A stretch of 62,332 bases of DNA from an uncultured Candidatus Saccharibacteria bacterium. GTDB lineage: Bacteria; Patescibacteriota; Minisyncoccia; Phycocordibacterales; UBA918. Shown here piece after piece: positions 1 through 8,215 of this stretch (positions are counted from its first letter, which is position 1; the number at the start of each line of letters is the position of its first letter). The stretch covers positions 1-62,332 of the forward strand of contig CAYGJY010000001.1 in NCBI GenBank assembly GCA_964350645.1, written 5' to 3'. Position numbers and translations under genes: made by a program. The notes below the pieces were generated by a model. That model was given only the letters and a program-made list of their open reading frames with translations, was not told the DNA's origin and made no database searches.

Positions 1-416
1 GGATCATCACCAAAGTCAGCAGCTCCAAAACCTCCGGGCTGCATGCTGGCGCATTCTTCACTGGTGAAGATATCTGGACAGACCGGCTGAGTGCGCGCAA
101 AGCCCAGTCCACCAACCACTAAATTAACCACTCCCCAGATAATGGTCATAAGGACCATCCCGATGATGCTATAGAGAGCGTAGCGTTTGGCGTCTTCCTT
201 GCCGGAGTAACTATCGTTTTCAAGGATGAAATAACGAATTATGTTGTAAATAAAGATAAGGAGTGAAACACCGAACATCAAAGCGACAACATAGATTGTA
301 ATAAAATTTACAAGGTACACCCCAAACGTCTGGACGTCTTCTGGCGGGCCAAGGGCAGAAACAATCTTTGGTAGTGAAATGAGAGCGAGAAGGACAGTAA
401 GAGATATTTTTTTCAT
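1..416 (-). CDS. hypothetical secreted/membrane protein, N-terminal part only (gene runs off left edge)
   Basis: Not in the ORF track because there is no stop in the window. Hand translation of the minus strand from ATG (416-414) stays open to position 1: MKKISLTVLLALISLPKIVSALGPPEDVQTFGVYLVNFITIYVVALMFGVSLLIFIYNII... This is a signal-peptide-like start followed by two long hydrophobic segments. The topology is reminiscent of VirB2/TrbC-type pilins (unverified). Confidence 0.5.
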   Translation of the reverse strand, partial: MKKISLTVLLALISLPKIVSALGPPEDVQTFGVYLVNFITIYVVALMFGVSLLIFIYNIIRYFILENDSYSGKEDAKRYALYSIIGMVLMTIIWGVVNLVVGGLGFARTQPVCPDIFTSEECASMQPGGFGAADFGDD

Positions 417-464
417 GTAGTAATCATACCGTATTTGTAGAGATGAATTTGCGGGTAGCTAACA

Positions 465-492
465 TTGACTTTTTATAAAATATATGTATAAT
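465..492 (+). promoter_or_regulatory. sigma70-like promoter (TTGACT-N16-TATAAT)
   Basis: TTGACT at 465-470 and TATAAT at 487-492, with a 16-nt AT-rich spacer and TG immediately 5' of the -10 box. Confidence 0.45.
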
Positions 493-541
493 GTTATGCA
501 CAAGCCCCGAAAGTGAGCAGTCGGGGCATAGGGGAAGATCG

Positions 542-700
542 ATGAAACGATTTTTCGAAGACAAGTGGCGTCTTGCAATGAGGCGCTTTGAAGATGACCG
601 ATTTGAGTTCTGCTGTGAACTTGGATTGCTCGCAGGCTTTGCCGGAGCTTGTTTGAGTGCGGTAGTCAACGGTTCATATCTCTCAGTCGTGGGGGGTTAA
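542..700 (+). CDS. candidate 52-aa small protein (charged N-terminus, hydrophobic C-terminus)
   Basis: In-frame ATG at 542 inside track ORF 491..700, preceded by GGGGAAG (531-537). Product: MKRFFEDKWRLAMRRFEDDRFEFCCELGLLAGFAGACLSAVVNGSYLSVVGG. The track start at 491 lies inside the -10 box, so it is unlikely to be transcribed. The locus could instead be a non-coding RNA. Confidence 0.3.
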   Translation: MKRFFEDKWRLAMRRFEDDRFEFCCELGLLAGFAGACLSAVVNGSYLSVVGG

Positions 701-735
701 TGATAAAAATAATATTGAGGCGGTTTGTAAGGCAA

Positions 736-777
736 GGCCGGAACATTGAGAAATCCATCTCATGTCCGGCCGTTTTT
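736..777 (+). terminator. intrinsic terminator
   Basis: GGCCGGAACATTGAGA / TCTCATGTCCGGCC hairpin (736-771) followed by TTTTT (773-777). Confidence 0.6.
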
Positions 778-843
778 GATGCTAAACATTGAAGTATGAG
801 CCGTAGTTTGGTAGTATTGCGGGACTTTAAGAGTGAAGTATCT

Positions 844-917
844 GCGAGTATAGCTCAGTTGGTTAGAGCGCGTCACTGATAATGACGAGGTCCTAGGTTC
901 AAATCCTAGTACTCGCA
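844..917 (+). tRNA. tRNA-Ile (anticodon GAU)
   Basis: A 74-nt cloverleaf folded by hand. Acceptor GCGAGTA/TACTCGC, D arm GCTC-AGTTGGTTA-GAGC, anticodon arm CGTCA-CTGATAA-TGACG (anticodon GAT). Variable loop AGGTC, T arm CTAGG-TTCAAAT-CCTAG, discriminator A. CCA is not encoded. Confidence 0.93.
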
Positions 918-975
918 CACTGGGTTTTGTTTTCTAAAGATAGAGCGGTAAAACAAAGTTTAGACTTTGTTTTAC

Positions 976-1167
976 CTGATAATGACGAGGCTGAAACAAT
1001 TTGGGAAACTGTTTCAGAACCTTCTTCAGATTTTTTGGGAACACATAGACCAAAAAATCGAAAAGGTGTACTGCTCCTGTAAGGAGATAAGTTGACCTAG
1101 AATTTAATGACCAGAGGGAATATAAATTCGGAAATGCCCTTGTGGCACAAATCTTAGTACTCGCACA
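976..1167 (+). repeat. split relic copy of the tRNA-Ile 3' half
   Basis: CTGATAATGACGAGG at 976-990 is identical to tRNA positions 876-890. CAAATCTTAGTACTCGCACA at 1148-1167 matches 900-919 at 19/20. The two pieces are separated by 157 nt instead of 9 nt, and no complementary T-stem 5' arm is present, so the copy is non-functional. Confidence 0.55.
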
Positions 1168-1223
1168 ACGTACAGTTATGGTGATAGTGGCACGAGTTTG
1201 TGCTCACTAGTATACTGAGGGTG

Positions 1224-2348
1224 ATGGCAGAAAATTCAACTAAACGCGCCTCGTGGCTCGAACTATTTTATGACTTAGCGTTTGTGGCGCTCGTTGCCCA
1301 ACTTACGTATTTGGTCGCTGATCATCATTCCTCAGTGACTGATTGGTTGAATACATTTATCATCGGCTACGCTATTTTTATTGCGTGGTGGGCCACGACT
1401 GTTGGCCGTAATCTACAGGAATCAGAAACAGTCAGCGACAAACTCTTGGTACAAGTTCAGATGGTCGGGGCTTTCTTAATGAGTATCACGATGCCGGCCG
1501 TTTTTGCAGGAGAGTATTTTGGTTTCTTTGCGACGCTGGCGATTATGCGCCTGCTGCAGATTTCAATGATTTTGCGGCTGTACCGACTTAATCCTGAGCA
1601 ACGACCACAAACATTGAATATCGTTCATGGGGTTGTGATCGCTGCTCTGCTGTGGCTGATATCAGGTTTTGCACCGGATCCGTATCATTTCGTGATTGCT
1701 TTTATGGCGCTCGTGATTGATATTTTTGTTCCTCTGACAAAAGGCAAAGGAAATAGTGTCCGTATGCTGAATATTTCTCATATGCAAGAGCGTCTGGGCT
1801 TATTTCTGATGTTGGTTCTAGGGGAAAGTATGTTGGTAGTGGCACTGGCTAACACTGCCGCCAGTAATGATTTAAAACAGCCAACGATAGTGTTCTCTGG
1901 ACTCTTCCTCGTGATCGCAATTTGGTGGGTATACTTTCGACATCTGGAACGCTGTGGTGAGGGCGTGCGACCAAAGAATTTATTTCTATATCTCCAGGCA
2001 CACGCCTGGCTATTTGGTAGCATTATTTTACTGGCGGCTGCCTTTAAAAATATGCTAAAGCATGGATCGCCAATCGATTCAGACTTAGTACTGTATGGAC
2101 TTGGTTTGTCAGGTATTGCAGTGACTATTTTTATGATTCGCTATACGCTCCATGGTGTCGTTAGAGTGTTCCTTGTAACTGCGATTGGTGTGGTCCTCTG
2201 CAATTTGTTTTTTATTGGTTTTATCGGTTATTCGCTTGGATCTGCTTTATTAGCTCTACTTTTGAGTATTGCGGGAGTAATCGTAGCCACATTAATTGAT
2301 CAGCGACATGTGTATTTTTATTCAAAAAAACAAAGCGAAAATATTTGA
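1224..2348 (+). CDS. LtrA-family (low temperature requirement A-like) integral membrane protein
   Basis: N-terminal RASWLELFYDLAFVALVAQL signature and a polytopic hydrophobic profile. The track ORF starts at GTG 1200; ATG 1224 has GAGGG just upstream. Confidence 0.65.
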   Translation: MAENSTKRASWLELFYDLAFVALVAQLTYLVADHHSSVTDWLNTFIIGYAIFIAWWATTVGRNLQESETVSDKLLVQVQMVGAFLMSITMPAVFAGEYFGFFATLAIMRLLQISMILRLYRLNPEQRPQTLNIVHGVVIAALLWLISGFAPDPYHFVIAFMALVIDIFVPLTKGKGNSVRMLNISHMQERLGLFLMLVLGESMLVVALANTAASNDLKQPTIVFSGLFLVIAIWWVYFRHLERCGEGVRPKNLFLYLQAHAWLFGSIILLAAAFKNMLKHGSPIDSDLVLYGLGLSGIAVTIFMIRYTLHGVVRVFLVTAIGVVLCNLFFIGFIGYSLGSALLALLLSIAGVIVATLIDQRHVYFYSKKQSENI

Positions 2349-2984
2349 CGCTCCGTAGGCGAGAGCTGTTTGATTAATAGCATTACCAAGAATAAGCGGT
2401 ATTAAGATCGTTCGAAAACGGATCCCAATAAGAGCGAGCGGAATAATGATTGCTTCGTTTGGGAAGGGGATTAAAGCTGCATACAAAAATACAAAAGGTA
2501 GGAGAAGGTTGTGGTGGCCTTCATTGAGAGCCATAATCCTTGTATATGTTTTTGGGTAATGCTCTTCTGCAAACTCGCGACTCCAGTGACCTACAAAGTA
2601 GCCGAGGTAGTCAGCGATGACAGTACCGATTACTAGAAAGACAATAATTAACGGGAGCCAGAGACCAGCGGCAGTGAAGACTGGAACAAAGGTAGCCGCA
2701 GGTACTGGAATAAGGACGTTGACACCGGCAATAACCGCCAACGCCAAGATCCCAAAATAACCAAATTGTCCAACAAGGTTTTGGGCCATGTCGTTATTAG
2801 ATACGTACTCAGCTAAGAACAACGCGGCTACCCAAATAGTTATAATCAATATACCCAGCGTGAATAGTTTTATGAGTTTAGTTACTTTCAGGTTATGGGG
2901 AAGAAACATATTGTGGTCTAGTTTAGAGACTGTGTTCGAGAGAAGCGGTGTATTCTCCGAGTGTAGCAATCTGATCACTAACAT
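2322..2984 (-). CDS. DedA/VTT (TVP38/TMEM64-like) family membrane protein
   Basis: Multi-TM protein with a VTT-like core (GYFGILALAVIAGVNVLIPVPAATFVPVF ... DYLGYFVGHW). The start is uncertain. The 3' end overlaps the convergent LtrA-like gene by 27 nt. Confidence 0.6.
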   Translation of the reverse strand: MLVIRLLHSENTPLLSNTVSKLDHNMFLPHNLKVTKLIKLFTLGILIITIWVAALFLAEYVSNNDMAQNLVGQFGYFGILALAVIAGVNVLIPVPAATFVPVFTAAGLWLPLIIVFLVIGTVIADYLGYFVGHWSREFAEEHYPKTYTRIMALNEGHHNLLLPFVFLYAALIPFPNEAIIIPLALIGIRFRTILIPLILGNAINQTALAYGASNIFALFF

Positions 2985-3025
2985 GGAGTGTCAGCTGAAC
3001 AACAAAAAATGCAAAGCCGATTACC

Positions 3026-4459
3026 GTGGCCCAGGCAATGAATGGGAAGAACTTGTGCCGTTCAAGGGTATTATTCATCGATTTTAGTATAGCAGCCTTG
3101 GCTGGCTTTTTATCGAGTTTTCCGTATCATGATGAGGTGAATTTTGAAGATTATTTCAAAGATAAAAAAGTGACTATTATGGGTCTCGGGCTTTTAGGTC
3201 GTGGGGTGGGCGATGCCGCCTTTATTGCTGAAGCTGGAGCGAAAGAAGTGACTGTGACAGACCTTAAGAGTGCAGCAGAGCTGGCTGAGTCGGTAGCACT
3301 GTTAGCGAAGTATGAGAATGTTACCCTGATTTTAGGCGAGCATCGCGTTGAGGATTTTGAGAATCGTGATCTGGTGTTGGTGGCGGCAGGAGTACCGCTG
3401 GATTCAGCGTATGTCCGGCATGCCAGCGAAGCGGGCGTGCCATTGAAGCAGTCAGCGGCACTCTTTGCCGAGCTTACTAAGATCCCGATCGTCGGGGTAA
3501 CTGGGACGCGAGGGAAGAGTACGGTGACTCAGATGATTCATCATATTCTTTCAGTCACTACGGGAGAACACATTTTACTAGGCGGTAATATCCGTGGGGT
3601 TTCAAATCTGCAGCTGCTTAATGATGTTCAAGAAGATTCGCTGTGTGTCATGGAGCTCGATTCGTGGCAGCTCCAGGGCTGGGGCTGGAGCGAGATGAGT
3701 CCGCAGATTGCAGTGTTCACGAACTTCATGGAGGATCATCAAAACTATTATCATTCGATGGAAGCGTATTTTGCTGACAAAGCCAATATTTTTCGCTACC
3801 AAGAAGAGAGTGGAGTCTTTATAACAACGCCTGAAGTATTTAAGCAGGCAAAAGAGCTGTCTCGAGTGGCTCTGGGCCAAGAAGTGGTTTTAGCGGACGC
3901 GTCGATTATTCCGGAAGACTGCCTGCTCGCAATGCCGGGAGAGCATAACCGTCTTAACGCTGCCTTGGCCTATGAAGCTCTTAAGGCGATGAGTTTGACT
4001 GAAGAAGAGATTTTTGATGGACTAGCGAGCTTTCCAGGGGTTGAAGGTCGATTGCAGCTAGTGAAGACGGTCGACAACGTGCGTATCTACAACGACAACA
4101 ACGCCACCACACCACAAGCTACCAAAGTAGCGCTTGAAGCCCTCGACCTTGGTAACAAAAATATTATTCTGATTGCTGGTGGCGCAGATAAAGATATTCC
4201 ACTTGAAGGACTGGTAGCAGCGATTGGTGCTCATTGCAAACAAGTAGTATTGATCCCAGGGAGCGGGACTGATCGTCTGGCGCGAGAATTGCCCGAGGCA
4301 ATTCTCGCGCCAGACCTCAAGACCGCCCTCGAAGAAGCCCGTCTCGCTTCAGCTCCAGCCGACATCATTCTCTTTTCGCCAGCCTTTGCATCATTTGGGA
4401 TGTACAATAATGAGTATGAACGCAACGATGAGTTTATGAGTTTGATTGAAAAGATATGA
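3026..4459 (+). CDS. murD: UDP-N-acetylmuramoyl-L-alanine--D-glutamate ligase
   Basis: Rossmann start KKVTIMGLGLLGRG, Mur-ligase P-loop GVTGTRGKSTV, and the DNNATTP / AGGADK motifs. The true start is probably downstream of the track start (for example in-frame GTG 3137). Confidence 0.9.
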   Translation: MAQAMNGKNLCRSRVLFIDFSIAALAGFLSSFPYHDEVNFEDYFKDKKVTIMGLGLLGRGVGDAAFIAEAGAKEVTVTDLKSAAELAESVALLAKYENVTLILGEHRVEDFENRDLVLVAAGVPLDSAYVRHASEAGVPLKQSAALFAELTKIPIVGVTGTRGKSTVTQMIHHILSVTTGEHILLGGNIRGVSNLQLLNDVQEDSLCVMELDSWQLQGWGWSEMSPQIAVFTNFMEDHQNYYHSMEAYFADKANIFRYQEESGVFITTPEVFKQAKELSRVALGQEVVLADASIIPEDCLLAMPGEHNRLNAALAYEALKAMSLTEEEIFDGLASFPGVEGRLQLVKTVDNVRIYNDNNATTPQATKVALEALDLGNKNIILIAGGADKDIPLEGLVAAIGAHCKQVVLIPGSGTDRLARELPEAILAPDLKTALEEARLASAPADIILFSPAFASFGMYNNEYERNDEFMSLIEKI

Positions 4460-5013
4460 GTGAAAAATTTACAAGTGCTGAACGAAAGTTTTTAATGTCT
4501 TCTGATGAAATAAGAGAAGCAGCTAAAAAAGTAGATCCTGAAATCTTAGGAGAAGATTTAACCCCCGCGGAATTAGCTGCCCTTTGGGCACAACAAGGGA
4601 TTGTCTTCCCTGAAACAGAAGACGATTTCGTATCTTTCTGTAACGCACCGGTTGAATTTTTGAAGAAAAAGAGGCAGGATTTTTTAGAAAGTGAATTTTC
4701 AAAAGATGACAGCGCTGGTGCCCTGATGCATTTATGGCCAGAGCTCCAAGAGATCTTTCGTAAAGTTGGAACTCAAGACAGCAGCGGGGAGCAACATCAA
4801 GATCTTCTTGCGTTGCATATTAACGAAGCTGAATATTTGTTAGATAAGGTAGATAAACGGTTTCTAGATTTTATTAAAAAATCTGGATTTACTCAGACTG
4901 AGGTTAGTTTTTTCTTTACTGATCTTTTTGGTAAAGAAAAGGAATCAAGTAAAAAAATGAGAATTAATAGCATTTTGAAAATAGTAGGTGATGTATATGC
5001 TGAAGATATCTAA
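4456..5013 (+). CDS. hypothetical acidic soluble protein (no recognisable family)
   Basis: 185-aa ORF. Its ATG overlaps the murD stop (ATGA at 4456-4459), and its 3' end overlaps the murC start. It is much more AT-rich than its neighbours (hand counts of 25-33% GC per 60-nt line, against about 62% in the murD line at 4261). Confidence 0.55.
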   Translation: MSEKFTSAERKFLMSSDEIREAAKKVDPEILGEDLTPAELAALWAQQGIVFPETEDDFVSFCNAPVEFLKKKRQDFLESEFSKDDSAGALMHLWPELQEIFRKVGTQDSSGEQHQDLLALHINEAEYLLDKVDKRFLDFIKKSGFTQTEVSFFFTDLFGKEKESSKKMRINSILKIVGDVYAEDI

Positions 5014-6280
5014 AAAGATTCACTTCATCGGTATTGGCGGTATCGGCATCTCTGGCCTAGCGCGTTTGTATGTGCATGAAGGGTGGCAGGTGAGTGGGAG
5101 TGATGCGGAAGATAAGCCGCTTCTGGCTGACTTAGAGCGCGATGGGGTGTCTGTCTCGCGCGAGCAGTCAGCAGCAAACATCGCTGACAATATAGATTTA
5201 TTTGTATACAGTGCAGCCGTGCCAGCAGATAATCCAGAACTCATGGCTGCTCGAGCGACTGGTAAACCAATCAAAAATTACTTCGAAGCGGTGGCTGAGA
5301 TTGCCAACGAGTACTATTTGATCGCTGTGGCTGGCACCCACGGCAAGACGACGACCACCGCGATGCTGATCGACATTCTTGAAGAGGCGAGTTTTGATCC
5401 CACCGCGATTGTAGGGTCACTTCGTACCAAGACTGGCAGTAACTATCGAGCGGGGAAGGGAAAGTATTTTGTCGTAGAAGCCTGTGAATTTCGTCGGCAT
5501 TTTTTGCACTTTAATCCTGATGTGTTGGTTATTACAAACTTAGAACACGAACATGTCGATTACTTCAAAGACTTAGACGATGTCCAGTCGGCATTTGCTG
5601 AATTGGCAGCGAAAGTACCAGCCGACGGCGCAATTATTGCTTCTGTGAAAGATCCTGCCGTTGCGCCAGTTTTAGTTGGGATTAGTGCGACAGTACGTGA
5701 TTATCAAGCTAGTTTTGATGTTGAACTAGAGCTGCCACAACCGGGGCTACACAATCAGCTGAACGCCGCTGCCGCTCGTTCGGCTGCCGAGTTTTTAGGA
5801 ATTAAAGAGACGTTTATTGTGAGTGCTCTTGAAAACTTTGCCGGTACAAAGCGTCGGTTTGAATACAAGGGTGATGTACACAATGCACCGGTTTATGACG
5901 ACTACGCTCACCACCCAACAGAGTTGCGGGCAGCTATTGCTGGAACACGAGAAAAGTATCCAGGGCGAAAGTTGATAGTAGTGTTTCAACCACATACGTA
6001 TTCGCGCACGAAGGAACTGCGTGGCGACTTCGTCACCGCGCTCGGCAAAGCCGACCACGTTGTTCTTGTTCCCATCTACGCCGCGCGTGAAGCAAATGGT
6101 GGGACAATCTCGAGTGAATTACTCGTGGCAGACTTACAAGCTAAAGGCACATCAGCCGACCACTTTTTCACCCTTGAAGCAGCCGCTGAGGCAGTGCAGC
6201 AAGTGGCAAATAATAAGTCTGTTGTGCTTGTGATGGGGGCAGGGGACATCACCAAGGTATCGCGACTACTGATTGAGTAA
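4997..6280 (+). CDS. murC: UDP-N-acetylmuramate--L-alanine ligase
   Basis: IHFIGIGGIGISGLA Rossmann start and P-loop AVAGTHGKTTTTAM. ATG 4997 follows TAGGTG (4985-4990); the track start is GTG 4988. Confidence 0.92.
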   Translation: MLKISKKIHFIGIGGIGISGLARLYVHEGWQVSGSDAEDKPLLADLERDGVSVSREQSAANIADNIDLFVYSAAVPADNPELMAARATGKPIKNYFEAVAEIANEYYLIAVAGTHGKTTTTAMLIDILEEASFDPTAIVGSLRTKTGSNYRAGKGKYFVVEACEFRRHFLHFNPDVLVITNLEHEHVDYFKDLDDVQSAFAELAAKVPADGAIIASVKDPAVAPVLVGISATVRDYQASFDVELELPQPGLHNQLNAAAARSAAEFLGIKETFIVSALENFAGTKRRFEYKGDVHNAPVYDDYAHHPTELRAAIAGTREKYPGRKLIVVFQPHTYSRTKELRGDFVTALGKADHVVLVPIYAAREANGGTISSELLVADLQAKGTSADHFFTLEAAAEAVQQVANNKSVVLVMGAGDITKVSRLLIE

Positions 6281-6321
6281 GTTTGAGACTTGTTATGCTA
6301 TACTCTACATACAACTAAATA

Positions 6322-6458
6322 CGTATCCAGAGTATGGACGAGGGACTTGACCCACTGACTCCATCCGCAACCACTTCGTAGCGAAGAACGGTGCGACCTT
6401 CAACTCACTTTGTGAGATAGATGCTGACACTCCTGGATGCACCCGTATGGGTGTTTTT
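6322..6458 (+). promoter_or_regulatory. SAM riboswitch (S-box / SAM-I-like) with terminator
   Basis: P1 arms TATCCAG...CTGGAT(G). Conserved blocks ACGAGGGAC-TTGACCC, CGCAACC and GGTGC, plus GATAG before P1 closure. Expression platform GCACCCGTATGGGTG followed by TTTTT (6439-6458), directly upstream of metK. Confidence 0.75.
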
Positions 6459-6492
6459 AAGTTGTATATATTATTGAATTAACTAGAACATA

Positions 6493-7440
6493 ATGATAAA
6501 AACAGCTGAATGTGTATCACCAGGCCACCCAGACAAAATGTGTGACCGGATCTCAGATGCAGTCCTTGACGCATATCTGACTGAAGATCCAAAAAGCCGC
6601 GTGGCGGTAGAGAGTGTCGGTTCACACGGGAAGATTTTAGTGACCGGTGAAGTGACATCGACTGCTGAGAATGTTGATGTGTTGGCAATTGTAAAGCGGA
6701 TTGCTCCGGACGTCGAAGACGTAACAGTACACTTAGTGGTGCAGAGTCCGGAGATTGCGCAAGGAGTTGATATTGGCGGAGCGGGCGACCAGGGAATTAT
6801 GACTGGCTACGCTACTCGTGAGACTGAGACATATATGCCAAAGGAGTATGAAATGGCAAGACAGCTTAATCAGAAGGTCTACGAAAAGTATCCGTATGAT
6901 GGTAAGACTCAGGTCACGCTTGATGAAGATGGCACGGTACACTCAGTCGTATGCAGTTTTCAAAACGCACCAACCGCAGAGCTTCGGCCACTGGTTGAAA
7001 GTATTATCCCAAATGCAGGTGCGTACCATATCAACCCCGCGGGCGACTGGAATGTTGGAGGCTTTGAGGCCGATGCTGGCCTGACGGGCCGGAAGATTAT
7101 TGTCGATAATTATGGGCCAGAGGTGGCTGTCGGAGGTGGCTGTTTTTCTGGGAAGGACCCAAGCAAGGTGGATCGTTCAGCAGCGTACATGGCCCGCCGG
7201 ATTGCTGTAGACACACTTGAAGCCAACCCAGACGCACAGAAGGTGCTGGTGAAGCTGGCGTACGCAATTGGGCATCCTGAAGCCCTGATGGCCGTAGCAG
7301 TGATCGATGGTGTCCCGCAGGATGTCACTGGCTACGACCTCACCCCAAACGGGATTCGGACCTTCCTCGAACTTGATAAACCAATCTATGAAGAAACTGC
7401 GGCCTGGGGACATTTTGGCCGTGGTTTTAGTTGGAAGTAA
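6493..7440 (+). CDS. metK: S-adenosylmethionine synthetase (compact 315-aa form)
   Basis: Motifs GHPDKMCDRISD, GAGDQGIMTGYA, GLTGRKIIVDNYG and GKDPSKVDRSAAY are present. The protein is about 70 aa shorter than E. coli MetK as I recall it. Confidence 0.9.
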   Translation: MIKTAECVSPGHPDKMCDRISDAVLDAYLTEDPKSRVAVESVGSHGKILVTGEVTSTAENVDVLAIVKRIAPDVEDVTVHLVVQSPEIAQGVDIGGAGDQGIMTGYATRETETYMPKEYEMARQLNQKVYEKYPYDGKTQVTLDEDGTVHSVVCSFQNAPTAELRPLVESIIPNAGAYHINPAGDWNVGGFEADAGLTGRKIIVDNYGPEVAVGGGCFSGKDPSKVDRSAAYMARRIAVDTLEANPDAQKVLVKLAYAIGHPEALMAVAVIDGVPQDVTGYDLTPNGIRTFLELDKPIYEETAAWGHFGRGFSWK

Positions 7441-7461
7441 TTATTTTCAGAGACGATACAT

Positions 7462-7498
7462 GAAAAGCCCGGCGCCAAAGGCGCCGGGCTTTTCATTT
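7462..7498 (+). terminator. intrinsic terminator after metK
   Basis: GAAAAGCCCGGCGCC-AAA-GGCGCCGGGCTTTTC perfect hairpin followed by a T-rich tail. Confidence 0.8.
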
Positions 7499-7524
7499 AC
7501 CGAGCAGAGTGCTAGGTTTAAGGC

Positions 7525-8214
7525 ATGGAAAAAGCTGGAAAACTAAGTGTTGTTGCCACCCCAATTGGAAACATGGGTGATATTACCTTTCGCGCGATTG
7601 AGACGATCAAACAAGCTGATTATATTTTTTGTGAAGATACGCGGATGACGGGGAAACTGCTCGAGCGGCTGGAGATTGGAAAGAAAGATCTGGTCCGCGC
7701 TGACGCTGAAAAGGAAGATTCTGCCGCTCAGTATGCATGTGATTTGCTCGAAGTCGGGAAGCAGCTGGTGTACGTGAGTGATGCTGGTACACCAGGAGTG
7801 AGCGATCCAGGGGCGCGTTTGGTCGCGCATGTCCGCAAGACACTGCCAGAGATAAAAATCGAAGCTTTGCCCGGCGCTTCTGCTGTTACAGCAGCGCTGT
7901 CAATTGCCGGGATCTCTAGTGATGCTTTTTCTTTCTTGGGCTTTGTGCCGCATAAAAAAGGTCGCCAAACATTTTTTGCGGAATTAGAAGCTTATGAGCA
8001 CCCCGTAAGCTTTTTTGAATCACCACATCGAATCCTGAAGACGCTTGAATCACTCAACGAAACATATCCAGAAGCCAGGCTGTATATTGGACGTGAACTG
8101 ACCAAAATGCACGAAGAAATGCTGATCGGGACGCCAGCTGAGATTCTTGGTATACTGACAACAAATCCACTCAAACAGAAAGGCGAGTTTGTGGTTATCT
8201 TTAATCAGAACTAG
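7525..8214 (+). CDS. rsmI: 16S rRNA (cytidine1402-2'-O)-methyltransferase
   Basis: Tetrapyrrole-methylase-fold motifs: VATPIGNMGDITFRAIETIKQADYIFCEDTR and VSDAGTPGVSDPG. Confidence 0.85.
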   Translation: MEKAGKLSVVATPIGNMGDITFRAIETIKQADYIFCEDTRMTGKLLERLEIGKKDLVRADAEKEDSAAQYACDLLEVGKQLVYVSDAGTPGVSDPGARLVAHVRKTLPEIKIEALPGASAVTAALSIAGISSDAFSFLGFVPHKKGRQTFFAELEAYEHPVSFFESPHRILKTLESLNETYPEARLYIGRELTKMHEEMLIGTPAEILGILTTNPLKQKGEFVVIFNQN

Positions 8215-8215
8215 T

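Noticed and set aside
424-700. Full-length track ORFs 424..669 (-) and 491..700 (+)
   Set aside because: The minus ORF runs across the promoter-like boxes and has a junk-like S/N/R composition. The plus ORF start at 491 lies inside the -10 hexamer. Only the shorter 542..700 version is kept, as a low-confidence candidate.
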